A DNA stretch of 64,000 bases from Myxococcales bacterium (GCA_016707895.1 JADJGV010000034.1:821625-885624), one strand, 5' to 3'; counted from the first letter of the stretch, positions 40,563-50,633 are shown. Notes: generated by a model not told the origin, from the sequence alone. Translations and numbers: made by a program.

Positions 40563-40640
40563 CGCGGCGAGTCTACCAGCCGCACCCGCGGTGGCGGCGC
40601 GCCGATGGCGAGCGCGGCGGTCGGGGCGTAGAGTCGGGCG

Positions 40641-42506
40641 ATGTCCGCCGCACCCCGCGTCTGCTGCGCGCTGGTCGTGGTGGTCGCGCTCGTCGGCCAC
40701 GCCGGCCGGGCGACGGCCACCGAGTACACCGCGGGGCCGGCGGACTACCGCGACGTCGTCGCCCGGCTGCAGCCCGGCGACGTGTTGACGCTGGCGCCGG
40801 GGACCTACACCCGCACGCTGCCGATCACCGGCGTCAACGGTCGGGCCGACGCGTGGATCACCATCCGCGGCCCGGCGAGCGGCGCGCCCGCGGTGTTCAC
40901 CGCCGATCCGGGCCCGTGCTGCAACACCGTCGAGCTGGTCGACGCGAGCTACCTCGCGCTCGAGCACCTGGTGATCGACGGCGGCGGCGTCGCCGGCGCG
41001 TTCGGCATCAGCGCCAAGGCGGGCGCGGTCCACCACATCCGCGTCGAGGCCTGCGAGCTGCGCGGGCACGGCGCGACGCAGCAGACCGTGGCGATCTCGA
41101 CCAAGGTCGCGACGTGGGGCTGGGTGATCCGCGGCAACCGCATCCGCGACGCCGGCACCGGCCTGTACCTCGGCAACTCCGACGGCTCGGCGCCGTTCGT
41201 CGAGGGCGTGATCGAGCACAACCTGGTGACCGGGACGGTCGGCTACGGCATGCAGATCAAGTTCCAGACCGCACGACCGGCGGGGCTGCCGCCCGGGCCG
41301 ACGCGCACGCTCATCCGCCACAACGTGTTCGTCAAGGACGACCGGCCCAGCCCCGACGGCGATCGGCCGAACCTGCTGGTCGGTGGCTTCCCGGCGAGCG
41401 GCGCCGGCGCCGACGATCGCTACGAGATCTACGGCAACCTGCTCGTGCACAACCCGCGCGAGGCGCTGCTGCAGGCGTCGGGGCGGGTCAGCATCCACGA
41501 CAACGTCCTGGTCGACGTCGCCGGCGCCGCGATCGTGCTGGCCGATCACGATCGGCCGCTGGTCAGCGCGCGCGTCTACCACAACACCATCTTCGGGGCC
41601 GGCACCGGCGTCGACGTCGCCAGCGCGGGCGACGCGGCGGCCGGCGGCGTGGCGGTGGCGGGCAACCTGATCTTCGCGGCGACGCCGATCGCGGGCGCGA
41701 CGCGGGCGCGGGTCGCCGACAACCAGACCGGCGCCGAGGCCGACGCCGCCGCGGTGGTGGCAGCGCCGTCGCGCATCCTCGGGGCGATGGACTTCTACCC
41801 GCGGCCGGGGCAGGCCCAGGGCCCCGCGATCGACGCGGCGATCCTGGCCGACGACGTCGACGCGCGGCGTGACTTCAACGGCGCCGACAAGGGTGGCCTC
41901 GGGTTCCGCGGCGCCTACGCCGGCGCGGGCGCCAACCCGGGCTGGCCGCTGGCCGAGGACGTCAAGGTGCTCGGGGCCGGCGCCGGTGATCCCGACGGCG
42001 GGGCCGGCGGCGGCGAAGCCTCGGCGGGTGGCTGCGGGTGCGCCAGCGGTGGCGACGCTGGCGCGGTGCTGGTGCTGCCGGTGGTGGCGGCCCTCGCGCG
42101 GCGGCGTCGGCGGGCCGCGGCGCGGTGCGCCGTCCTGGTGGTCGCCGTCGCGGCCGGCGGGTGCGGTGGGCCGGCGCCGCGCGCGGCCCCGCCCGCGAAC
42201 ACGACCGCCACGCCGACGCCGCTGGCGCCGCCGCCGCCCGAGCCGTGGTTCCACGACAAGCCCGACGCCTACGCCGAGTGCGCCGCGCCGCCGTCGGCCG
42301 CACCGGCGGTGGCGTTGCCGGCGCCGTACGAGCGCTGCGACGGCGCCGAGGAGGGATGGGCCAGCCCACCCGGCGGCAACGAGCTGCACTTCCACTACCG
42401 CGCGTTCTCGGCCGCGGTCACCGCCGCGCGTCGGGTCGGCGACCCGGGCGTGTGCTGCTACCTGGTCTGGGAGTTCCCGAGCTTCCGGCCCGACGACGGA
42501 TCGTAG
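40641..42506 (+). CDS. Secreted right-handed parallel beta-helix (pectate-lyase-fold) protein containing an internal MYXO-CTERM-like segment followed by a second signal-like segment
   Basis: Signal peptide. Repeated beta-helix turns (NxxxGxxxG). GGCGCASGG...LVLPVVAALARRRRR occurs at aa ~468-495, yet the frame continues for a further ~125 aa. Confidence 0.6.
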   Translation: MSAAPRVCCALVVVVALVGHAGRATATEYTAGPADYRDVVARLQPGDVLTLAPGTYTRTLPITGVNGRADAWITIRGPASGAPAVFTADPGPCCNTVELVDASYLALEHLVIDGGGVAGAFGISAKAGAVHHIRVEACELRGHGATQQTVAISTKVATWGWVIRGNRIRDAGTGLYLGNSDGSAPFVEGVIEHNLVTGTVGYGMQIKFQTARPAGLPPGPTRTLIRHNVFVKDDRPSPDGDRPNLLVGGFPASGAGADDRYEIYGNLLVHNPREALLQASGRVSIHDNVLVDVAGAAIVLADHDRPLVSARVYHNTIFGAGTGVDVASAGDAAAGGVAVAGNLIFAATPIAGATRARVADNQTGAEADAAAVVAAPSRILGAMDFYPRPGQAQGPAIDAAILADDVDARRDFNGADKGGLGFRGAYAGAGANPGWPLAEDVKVLGAGAGDPDGGAGGGEASAGGCGCASGGDAGAVLVLPVVAALARRRRRAAARCAVLVVAVAAGGCGGPAPRAAPPANTTATPTPLAPPPPEPWFHDKPDAYAECAAPPSAAPAVALPAPYERCDGAEEGWASPPGGNELHFHYRAFSAAVTAARRVGDPGVCCYLVWEFPSFRPDDGS

Positions 42507-42515
42507 GCCCGGGCG

Positions 42516-43070
42516 ATGCGGCGCCCGGGGATGCGCGTCGTCCGCGCGCTCGGCGTCGTGGCGGCGACGATCGCGTTCGCCGCGATGTTGCTGATCGCGT
42601 GGCGGGCGCTCGGCGGCGCCAGCGTCGGGTTCGCCGTCGCGGTGGTGTGGCTGCCGATGACCTGGCTCGGCACGGTCAGCCACGTCGTGCCGTTCCGCTT
42701 GCCGGCCACGGTCCACGCGCTGCGCGGCTGGGAGCGCGACGGGCGGGTGTACGAGCGGCTGGGCGTCGGGCTGATCAAGCGGCTGCTGCGGCGCAGGCCG
42801 ATCGCGTGGTTCAACCCCGGCCTGCGGCTGCCCGCCGAGCGCAGCGCGGCCGGGCTCGCGACGCTCGCGCGACGGATGTCCACCGCCGAGGCCAGCCACG
42901 GGATCGCGCTGGTGCTCTCGCTGGGCGCGGTGGCCCACGCGGCGGCGCGCGGCTGGTGGTTGGCCGCCGCGGTGACGCTGGGCCTCGACGTGCTGATCAA
43001 CGGCTACCCGGTGATGCTGCAGCGCTACAACCGGGCCCGCCTGCGCGCCCGGTTCGGGGCCGGCGCCTGA
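42516..43070 (+). CDS. Small polytopic membrane protein (CrtO-like acyltransferase-family resemblance, NGYPVMLQRYNR motif)
   Basis: Four TM helices and a C-terminal N.YP.MLQRYNR motif. Confidence 0.5.
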   Translation: MRRPGMRVVRALGVVAATIAFAAMLLIAWRALGGASVGFAVAVVWLPMTWLGTVSHVVPFRLPATVHALRGWERDGRVYERLGVGLIKRLLRRRPIAWFNPGLRLPAERSAAGLATLARRMSTAEASHGIALVLSLGAVAHAAARGWWLAAAVTLGLDVLINGYPVMLQRYNRARLRARFGAGA

Positions 43071-43159
43071 GACCTCGCGAGACCTTCCTCACGCGACGTG
43101 GGGCCGGCCGTCGGGTGCGCGGGACTACCCCGTCGCCGTGGCGCGTTGATCCCGCGGTC

Positions 43160-44779
43160 ATGCGCGTCGTGCTGCTCGTCGCCGCGTGGCTGGCCGCCGC
43201 CGCGGCGCCGGTCGACGCCGATCGCTTCTCCGCGCCGGCGACCGCGATCGGCGACAACCCCGCCTGGGTGCGGACCCGGGCCGGCGCCGGCGCCGCGCGC
43301 GCCGCCGAGATGGACGAGGTGACGTTCCGCTACCACCTGCGGACCGCGCCCGCGTGGTCGGGCGTCGAGGACGTCGAGCGCACCGTCCGGCTCCACCAGG
43401 TCGATGGCTGGTTGCGGTCGCTGCTGGCGACGATGGCGGTCGGCGAGCGGCGGCGCGCGTGGGTCCGCGAGGTCGACCCTGACGGCTGCGACCACTTCGG
43501 CTGCGGGGCGATCCTCCGCCAGGTGGTCGACCTCGAGCTGGTCGGGCTGCGCGCGTTCCACGACGCGCTGCCGGGCGGGCGGGTGATCGCGAGCGACGGC
43601 GGGCGCCGGGTGGCGATCCGCCGCGGCGCGACCGTCGCGTGGCTGCCGGTGCCGTTCGCGATCGAGTCCCTCGACGAGGTGCGGCTGTCGCCGGGCGGCG
43701 TCGAGGTGACGGTCGTGCCGGCGTGCGGCGCGGGCGCCGTCCGCCTGACGTTCACCTTCGACCAGCTCGACGCGCGGCTCGAGCTCGCGGCGGCGCGCCG
43801 GCGGGAGCGGCGCGATCGCGCCGCGGCGATCGCCGGCTACCGGCGGGCGATCGCGCTCGACGCCAGCCTCGACGAGGCGCACGTCGGGCTGGCCCGCGCG
43901 CTGCTGCGGGCGGGGCGGCCGCGCGACGCGGTCGCGGCGGTGGCGCCCGTCCTGGCCCGCAACCCGGTGTGGCTCCACTGGCGCACGCTGGTCGAGCCCG
44001 GGCTGGCGGCCTTGCGGCGCGAGCCCGAGCTGCGGGCGCTGCGCGCGGCCGCGCCGGGCAGCTTCGACGTCACCGGCTTCCGCGTCGGCTACGGCGGCGG
44101 GGTGGTGACCTACGGGGTCGAGCCCCGCGGCCGCTACCTGGCCGCCCACACCGGCTACGACTGGAGCGCCGATCGCTTCGCCCAGGACGCGGTGTCGATC
44201 ATCGATCGCCGCACCGGCGCGGTGGTCGCGGTGCTGCCGCTGCGGCTGGTCGGCGGCGCCCGCGACGAGGTCGCCAGCGTCCAGCGCGCGCTGGCCGAGC
44301 TGGGCTTCGCGCCGGCCACCGGCGAGGTCGCGATGATCACGTCGCTCGATCCCGGGCGGGTCTGGCCGATCGACAACCGCGTGACGTTCGCGATCGCCGG
44401 CGTCGAGGCGATCCAGTCGCCGCGCGGCGTCGCGATCACCGGCGCCGCGATCGTCCCCGTGACGGCGCCGCCGGTCCCCGGCCCGATCACCGAAGCGCGC
44501 CTCTTGCCCGACGCGCTCGTCGTGCACGTCGACGATCGCCTGGCGTGCTGGGCCAACCCCCACGTGACCGCCGTGCTGGTGCCGCTGACCGCGCGCCCGC
44601 CGCCGCCGCCCACGCTGCCGCTGTCGCTCGCGCCGCCGCCGCGGCCGGCGGCGCCGCCGGGCGTGCGCGGGCCTCCGTCGGGGGCGACCGCGGGCTGCGC
44701 CGCGGCTGAACCGGGCGCGGCGCTGATCCTCGGCGTGCTCGGCGTCGGGGCGGCTCACCGCCGGCGCAGGAGGAAGTAG
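43160..44779 (+). CDS. Secreted TPR-containing protein with a C-terminal MYXO-CTERM sorting signal
   Basis: Signal MRVVLLVAAWLAAAAAPVDA. The protein ends ...SGATAGCAAAEPGAALILGVLGVGAAHRRRRRK*. Confidence 0.7.
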   Translation: MRVVLLVAAWLAAAAAPVDADRFSAPATAIGDNPAWVRTRAGAGAARAAEMDEVTFRYHLRTAPAWSGVEDVERTVRLHQVDGWLRSLLATMAVGERRRAWVREVDPDGCDHFGCGAILRQVVDLELVGLRAFHDALPGGRVIASDGGRRVAIRRGATVAWLPVPFAIESLDEVRLSPGGVEVTVVPACGAGAVRLTFTFDQLDARLELAAARRRERRDRAAAIAGYRRAIALDASLDEAHVGLARALLRAGRPRDAVAAVAPVLARNPVWLHWRTLVEPGLAALRREPELRALRAAAPGSFDVTGFRVGYGGGVVTYGVEPRGRYLAAHTGYDWSADRFAQDAVSIIDRRTGAVVAVLPLRLVGGARDEVASVQRALAELGFAPATGEVAMITSLDPGRVWPIDNRVTFAIAGVEAIQSPRGVAITGAAIVPVTAPPVPGPITEARLLPDALVVHVDDRLACWANPHVTAVLVPLTARPPPPPTLPLSLAPPPRPAAPPGVRGPPSGATAGCAAAEPGAALILGVLGVGAAHRRRRRK

Positions 44780-45025
44780 CGCGCCACGACGATCGCGCCG
44801 ATCGGCACCGCGGCCTGGCCGACGAGCCGGCCCGCCTCGTACGCCGCGCTGCGCCGCTGACCGTCGCTCGGCCGCGGACGCCACCTCCATCGCGGTCGCG
44901 GTCTCGGCGTAGGCGACGTCGCCCGCGGTGGCCTGCTTGCCCGCGCCGCTGACGACGCCGTGGTGGAATTCGTCGAGCTGCGCGCGGACCGTGCCGGCGG
45001 CGGGCGCGGTGAACACGAACTGCAT
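44776..45025 (-). CDS. Possible small tail-anchored protein, split by an apparent frameshift near 44855-44870
   Basis: The N-terminal part is MQFVFTAPAAGTVRAQLDEFHHGVV... The C-terminal part is ...AAYEAGRLVGQAAVPIGAIVVARYFLLRRR*. The two parts lie in different frames. Confidence 0.3.
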
Positions 45026-45153
45026 GACGCCGAGCCGCTCGCCGTCGCCGCTGTCCTATCCACAGGTGTCGCGGATCGCGCGCGTCGTCAGCGGGGCGCG
45101 ATCGGGCTCGCCATCGGCCGACGATGGCGCAGCGCGGCGCGTATGATCACGGC

Positions 45154-45831
45154 ATGCGCGTCGTCGCGGTCGCCGATACGCACCTGTTCCACGACGCGCG
45201 CTACGCGGTGCCCGACGGCGACGTCTTCGTCCACGCCGGCGACCTGTGCCGGCGCGGCGACCTCGACGAGCTGGCGGAGGCGGCGCGCTGGATCGCCGGC
45301 CTGCCGCACCGGCACAAGCTGATCGTGGCCGGCAACCACGACTGGGCCTTCGCCCGGCCGGCCGAGGCCGCGCGGGCGCGCGCGCTGCTCGGCGGCGCGG
45401 TCTACCTCGAGGACAGCGGCGTCGAGCTCGACGGGCTGCGCTGCTGGGGCAGCCCGTGGCAGCCGGCGTTCCACGGCTGGGCGTTCAACCTGCCGCGCGG
45501 CGACGCGCTGCGCGCCGTGTGGGCGCGCATCCCCGCGGGCCTCGACCTGCTGATCACCCACAGCCCGCCGGCCGGCATCGGCGATCACGCCGGCTGGAAC
45601 GACGCCGCGCGCGCCGGCTGCGCCGAGTTGCGGGCGCGCCTCGCCGTGGTCGCGCCGCGCTTGCACCTGTTCGGCCACATCCACCAGGACGGCGGGCTGT
45701 GGCGCGTCGGCGCGACGGTGCACGCCAACGTGACATCGTGGGAGTGCACGCGGGCGCCGACGGTGATCGATCTCGAGCCCGGCAGCGTCACGCCGATCGT
45801 GGTGCCGCCGGCCCGACCCGACGTCCCGTGA
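45154..45831 (+). CDS. Calcineurin-like metallophosphoesterase
   Basis: Motifs DTHL..., GD.......GNHD, GH.H. Confidence 0.8.
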   Translation: MRVVAVADTHLFHDARYAVPDGDVFVHAGDLCRRGDLDELAEAARWIAGLPHRHKLIVAGNHDWAFARPAEAARARALLGGAVYLEDSGVELDGLRCWGSPWQPAFHGWAFNLPRGDALRAVWARIPAGLDLLITHSPPAGIGDHAGWNDAARAGCAELRARLAVVAPRLHLFGHIHQDGGLWRVGATVHANVTSWECTRAPTVIDLEPGSVTPIVVPPARPDVP

Positions 45832-45920
45832 CCAGCCCGCGGCGACGTCGACGTCCCCGCCCGCGGGCTTGTCACCCGGCCGGGACGCGACGGTCGCGGG
45901 CGGCGGCTATCACCGACGCC

Positions 45921-46235
45921 ATGGACGCATGCATCCGCTTCGCCGGGCGCTACCGCTTCGCGCGTCGCGCTGAGCTCGATCGCGCGCTCGGGCGCGCGCG
46001 CGAGCAGCTCGACCTCGAGGACGAGCTGCCCGCGCCGGGCGCCTGGCTGCGGGGCCTCGTCGTCGACGGCGCGACGCTGACGGTCGCGCTCGCGGTCCCG
46101 GCGAGCGCCGAGCTGCGGTTCGCGGCGGCCGAGCTGTTCGAGACGCTGGCGCGGGCGGCGATCGACGGGGTGGTCGAGGGCACGCTCGACGGGCGCCCGG
46201 TCGACTACTACCCGTCCGGCGCCGACGACGACTGA
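45921..46235 (+). CDS. Hypothetical protein (104 aa)
   Basis: Clean frame starting at MDACIRFAGRY. Confidence 0.45.
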   Translation: MDACIRFAGRYRFARRAELDRALGRAREQLDLEDELPAPGAWLRGLVVDGATLTVALAVPASAELRFAAAELFETLARAAIDGVVEGTLDGRPVDYYPSGADDD

Positions 46236-46550
46236 CGCGCCGTACCAGAAGGCATGCCCCGGCCGCCGCCTCCGGCGATCCGCGCTTCGAGTTCGCGTGC
46301 GCGCGGACCCGGGACTCGCTGGATCCGACCCGCGACCCCGACGTTCGGCACTGCGACAGGTGCTGGCGTCTCGTGCATCGCGTCCTCAGCGATGCCGCGC
46401 TCCAGGAGCACGGCCGACGTGGCCACTGCGTCGCGCTGCTGCCCGATCCGTACGTCTGGCCCGCGCGCGCGATGCGGACCGGCTCCGCGGCGCCGACGTC
46501 ACGCGGGGGCGCGCCGACGTGGCGCCGCGGGTGCTGGCCGACGGCGCGGA

Positions 46551-47027
46551 TCACCCGCGGGGGCGCAGCTCGACCTGCACGACGTCGCCGTCACCCTTGT
46601 CGCCGCGGACCTTCTTGGGCACCGCGAGCAGCGTGCCGTGCTTCTTGTCGCGCCACACGCTGGTCGCCCAGCTGACGCCGTCGACGGTCGCCAGCACCGG
46701 CGTCCGCCCCCAGGCGTGGGTCGCTGGCGGCGCGTGGCGCGCCGGCACCTTGGCGAACGTCCAGCCGCCCGCGCCGGGGTAGCGGAACAGCTTCGCGCGG
46801 AACGTCACGCGGCCATCATCGCGCCGCCGGCCGGTCGACGCCAGGTCGCGCTCGATCAAGGCCGCCGCGATCTGCAACGCCTTGATCCGCCGCACCAGCA
46901 GCGTGTGCTGCGCCGTGCCCGGCCGCAGCTTGGGCTGGACCTGCTCGCACTTGCTGACCGTCGAGACGATCGCCCGCAGCGCCTCCGCCAGCTCCGCCTT
47001 CGCGAACGGTGGGGTGGCGGCGGTCAC
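46551..47027 (-). CDS. DUF1905 (YdeI-like) domain protein
   Basis: Motif ...TFRAKLFRYPGAGGWTFAKVP.... Confidence 0.6.
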   Translation of the reverse strand: MTAATPPFAKAELAEALRAIVSTVSKCEQVQPKLRPGTAQHTLLVRRIKALQIAAALIERDLASTGRRRDDGRVTFRAKLFRYPGAGGWTFAKVPARHAPPATHAWGRTPVLATVDGVSWATSVWRDKKHGTLLAVPKKVRGDKGDGDVVQVELRPRG

Positions 47028-47169
47028 CCGGCGATCCTACCGCGCGCCGGGGCGCGGGCGTGGGGGGGGGGCCGAGCTGAGCGCGCGCAACCGCGGCCGC
47101 CGAGCGGTGTCCGATCGGCATGCAGCGTCGTAGGTCCTCCGCACCTGGGTTCGGCCGCGAGGCGGCGGC

Positions 47170-47463
47170 GTGGTCGTGAGCGCGACGGTGGGGCCCGCGC
47201 GCCTGCGTCGGTGGCGCTGGCCGGCGCTGGTCGCGCTCGCCGCGGCGGCCGCCGTGGGCGGGCTCGGGGCGTGGGCGGGCGGCGTCGACCGGACCGACCG
47301 CGCCGCGCCCGTGCGCCGGTGGCGCTGCGGGAACGAGACGCCCGCCGAAAGCGCCGCCCTCGACCGCATCGCCCGCGATCGCGCCGCCTTCGACCGCGCC
47401 GCCCTCGACCGCGCCCGCCTCGACAGGGCGCGCGGTGCCGCGCCGCCCGTGGCGCCGCCCTGA
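47170..47463 (+). CDS. Possible small membrane-anchored protein with an A(L/F)DRA pentapeptide repeat tail
   Basis: A GTG start is followed by a hydrophobic anchor WPALVALAAAAAVGGLGAWAGG, then five 15-bp tandem repeats. Support is weak. Confidence 0.3.
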   Translation: MVVSATVGPARLRRWRWPALVALAAAAAVGGLGAWAGGVDRTDRAAPVRRWRCGNETPAESAALDRIARDRAAFDRAALDRARLDRARGAAPPVAPP

Positions 47464-47545
47464 CCACCCGCGCTGCTGACCGGCGTCGCAGGTTCTGGGT
47501 CCCCGCGACGGCACGCGGGCTCCGAACGGGCTAGGGTGTGCCCAG

Positions 47546-48340
47546 ATGAGTTCCATCCGAGACGTCCTCCGCGCCGCGAAGCAGCGAGATCAGAAGGCCT
47601 TCGAGGCCTCGCCCTTCGCGCCGGTCGTCGTCGCCGACTACAAGGCCGCGCTCGCGGCGCGCCTGGTGCTTGGCGACCCCGGCGCCATGGGCCTCAAGCC
47701 GTTGGTCGTCGACCGCTCGGGCGGCTACTTCTTGGTCTGGGAGCGCGGCCCGATCGCGGGGTGCATCGTCTACCTCGGCGCCGAGGGCCAGCAGTACGTC
47801 GCCGCCGGCAGCGAGGACGAGATGATCTCGATGCTGCCGTACGGCGGCGCGGTGCTCGACGCGATGGCGTACTGGGCGCAGCGGCTCACCGCGCCGGCGT
47901 CGACGGCGGCCGCCCCCGGGGGCCTCACCCCGGCGGACTTCGAGGCCCGGCGCGCCGCGGCCGACCCCGCCGACGCCTGGCTCGTCAAGCTCGTGCCCGC
48001 GATGACCGCCGCCGGGGTCGCGATCGCGCCCGATCCGCTCGCGACGATCGAGGCGGCGAACCGCGCGGTGCTCGTCGAGTGGCGCGCGGTGTGCGAGCGC
48101 CGGTTCGAGACCCAGGCCGTCAAGGCCGATCTCGCGGTGGCGCCGCGCCCCTACCAGGCCACCGCGCTGTTCCAGATCGGCGAGCGGATCCAGCACCCGA
48201 CCTTCGGCGAGGGCGTCGTCGAGGCGCGGCCGGACCCCGGCAAGATGACCGTGTTCTTCAAGTCCGGCCGCAAGGTGCTGGTGCAGGCCAAGGAGCCGCC
48301 GCCGCCGCCGGTCGTCAAGGCCCGCGGCCGCCGGCGCTGA
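47546..48340 (+). CDS. Hypothetical protein
   Basis: Clean 264-aa frame with Lys/Glu content atypical for noise. It has a PPPPVVKARGRRR tail. Confidence 0.55.
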   Translation: MSSIRDVLRAAKQRDQKAFEASPFAPVVVADYKAALAARLVLGDPGAMGLKPLVVDRSGGYFLVWERGPIAGCIVYLGAEGQQYVAAGSEDEMISMLPYGGAVLDAMAYWAQRLTAPASTAAAPGGLTPADFEARRAAADPADAWLVKLVPAMTAAGVAIAPDPLATIEAANRAVLVEWRAVCERRFETQAVKADLAVAPRPYQATALFQIGERIQHPTFGEGVVEARPDPGKMTVFFKSGRKVLVQAKEPPPPPVVKARGRRR

Positions 48341-48380
48341 TCATCGCCACCGCGGCGCGTGGGTTGGGTACCCTGGTCGC

Positions 48381-49703
48381 GTGCCTGTGCCCAGCTCGAT
48401 GCGTCGGAGGTGGTTCGTCGTCGTCGCCGCCGTCGCGGTGGCCGCGTGCGGCGCGGGGAGCGCGCAGCCCGACGCCACCCCGGCCGACGCCGCCCCGGAC
48501 GCCCGGGCCGCCCCCGACTACGGGCGGCTGTTCCCCACCGATCGCGTGATCGACGTCGCGCTCGACACCAGCGCCGCCGACTGGGCGGCGCTGATGGCCG
48601 ACCCGCTCAACGACGCGCTGCAGATCCCGGCCACGGTCACCTACGACGGCGCGGTCGTCACCCAGGTCAGCCTCAGCACCAAGGGCAACTCGTCGCGCAA
48701 CTCGGTCCGCGCGATGGGCTCGCAGCGCTACAGCTTCAAGCTCGACCTCGACGAGCGGGTGCCGGGGCAGCGGCTGTTCGGCGTCGACAAGCTCAACCTG
48801 CACAACTCGTTCAAGGACCCGACGCTGCTGCGCGAGACGATCGGCTACGCGATGATGCAGGGCGCCGGGGTCCCGGCCAGCCGCACGGCGTTCGCGCGCC
48901 TCACGATCAACGGCCAGCCGTGGGGCCTCTACGTCGTGGTCGAGCAGGTCGAGGCCGACTTCCTGCGCGACCGGTTCGGCGCCGCCGACGGTGAGCTGCT
49001 CAAGCCCGACCAGCCGTCGGGGCCGCTGACCCTCCGCGGCGCGACCTTCGCCGACTACCCGGGCGTCGAGGTGAAGCTCGACGGCGGCGACCCGACGCAC
49101 CAGCGGTTCCTCGATCTGATCGCGGCGCTCGATCACGGCACCGAGGCCGAGGTGGCGGCGGTGCTCGACGTCGATCGCCTGCTGCCGTGGCTGGCGATCA
49201 ACACGTACCTGGCCAACCTCGACAGCTACGCCGGCAGCGCCCACAACTACTACCTGTACCTGGACCCGGCCAGCGCGCGCTGGATCCTCGTGCCCTGGGA
49301 TCTCAACGAGACCTTCGGCAACTTCCGCTGCGGCTGGACCGCGGCGAACATCGTCGCGCTCGATCACCTGCGGCCGCAGTGCAACCAGCCGGCGCCGCGG
49401 CCGCTGATCAGCAAGGTGCTGGCGTCGCCCACCTGGCGCGCGCGCTACCAGGCGCTGCTGCGCGACCTGATCGCCGGCCCCGGGGCGCCGACCGCGGTGC
49501 GGATCGACGTCGACGCCCGCGCCGCGCTGATCCGCGACGCGGTCGCGGCCGATCCGACCAAGTTCTTCACGCTGGCGCAGTTCGACACGGCGATCCACGA
49601 CGACCTGCCGGTCACCAACCAGCCCGGCCTCGACTCCGCGATCCTCGGGCTGACCGCGTTCGCCGAACGGCGCGCCGCCGCGCTCGCGACGCAGCTGCCG
49701 TAG
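48381..49703 (+). CDS. CotH-family (spore-coat-protein-H-like kinase fold) lipoprotein
   Basis: Lipobox VAVAACGA. The family-like core is FKLDLDE...KLNLHNSFKDPTLLRE...YLANLDSY...HNYYLY. Confidence 0.75.
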   Translation: MPVPSSMRRRWFVVVAAVAVAACGAGSAQPDATPADAAPDARAAPDYGRLFPTDRVIDVALDTSAADWAALMADPLNDALQIPATVTYDGAVVTQVSLSTKGNSSRNSVRAMGSQRYSFKLDLDERVPGQRLFGVDKLNLHNSFKDPTLLRETIGYAMMQGAGVPASRTAFARLTINGQPWGLYVVVEQVEADFLRDRFGAADGELLKPDQPSGPLTLRGATFADYPGVEVKLDGGDPTHQRFLDLIAALDHGTEAEVAAVLDVDRLLPWLAINTYLANLDSYAGSAHNYYLYLDPASARWILVPWDLNETFGNFRCGWTAANIVALDHLRPQCNQPAPRPLISKVLASPTWRARYQALLRDLIAGPGAPTAVRIDVDARAALIRDAVAADPTKFFTLAQFDTAIHDDLPVTNQPGLDSAILGLTAFAERRAAALATQLP

Positions 49704-49730
49704 CCCACCGCTGGCCTCGCAGGCCGCGCG

Positions 49731-50552
49731 TCAGGGCAGGAAGGCCGCGGGCCCCTGCGCGATCAGCAGGTCGAACTCGGCGCCGCGCAGCGCGCGGTCG
49801 AACACCGCGGCCTCGTCGATCAGGCCGAGCAGCGTCCCGAGATCGGAGAGGCCGCCCGTGAAGTTGGCCGCGCCGATCGAGAGCCCGGACTCGGCCTTGC
49901 CATCGTTGTGGACGTGGGTGTGCTCGTCGAACCTGTTGACGTCGTGGCTGCCCGAGTACTGGCCGGCGGTCGCGCCCGGCGCCGGGTCGACGAACACGTC
50001 CAGCGTGTCGCTGGCCGCCACGTAGGTCGCGATCACCTGGTGCCAGTTGCCGTCGTCGATCGCGACGTCGGTGTGCGGGTTGCTGACCCAGCCGCTGTCC
50101 CACTGCACCGTCTGGCTGCGCACGAACATCGCCTTCGAACCCTGGTTCCACGCGGTCCCGGCGGGGTTGCGCGAGAACAGCGCGCCCGACGACGACGACG
50201 TGCGCACGTAGACGTGCCAGGTGAAGTCGGCGTTGAAGTCGAACCCGGCCGGCGCGCCGACGTCGAAGCGGTCCCCCGCGGTGCCGAGCCGCAGGGCCTC
50301 GCCGCGGCGTCCGGACCCGCCGGTGCTGATCCGGGCGGCGCCGACCAGCGTCCCGGCGTGGGGGCCGACCAGATCGCGGCCATCGACGTCGAAGCTCCAG
50401 TAGCCGGCGGGTGGATCGAACGCCGGGCCGGCGTCGACGTCGCGCGCGGCGCCGTCGATGGCGCCGCTGTCGACCGCGCCGACCTCGGAGCCGCCGGCTG
50501 GTGTGAAGCTGCAGCCGGTGACCAGCCCGAGGAGCACGCACGAGCGCCACAT
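49731..50552 (-). CDS. LamG/concanavalin-A-like lectin-fold lipoprotein
   Basis: Lipobox LGLVTGCS. Motifs are typical of LamG jelly-roll proteins (FTWHVYVRT...GNWHQVIATY). Confidence 0.65.
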   Translation of the reverse strand: MWRSCVLLGLVTGCSFTPAGGSEVGAVDSGAIDGAARDVDAGPAFDPPAGYWSFDVDGRDLVGPHAGTLVGAARISTGGSGRRGEALRLGTAGDRFDVGAPAGFDFNADFTWHVYVRTSSSSGALFSRNPAGTAWNQGSKAMFVRSQTVQWDSGWVSNPHTDVAIDDGNWHQVIATYVAASDTLDVFVDPAPGATAGQYSGSHDVNRFDEHTHVHNDGKAESGLSIGAANFTGGLSDLGTLLGLIDEAAVFDRALRGAEFDLLIAQGPAAFLP

Positions 50553-50633
50553 GGTCGACCAGTGTAGCGCGGGCGCGGGCGCGGAGATCAATGGCGTCGC
50601 CGCTCCGGCGGTGGCGACGCGGGCGAGGGCGGT

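Noticed and set aside
39654-42938. 1094-aa minus-strand ORF
   Set aside because: Only the 3'-terminal 303 codons (39654..40562) encode a plausible signal-peptide lipoprotein. The rest is antisense to the beta-helix gene and of R/G/A composition.
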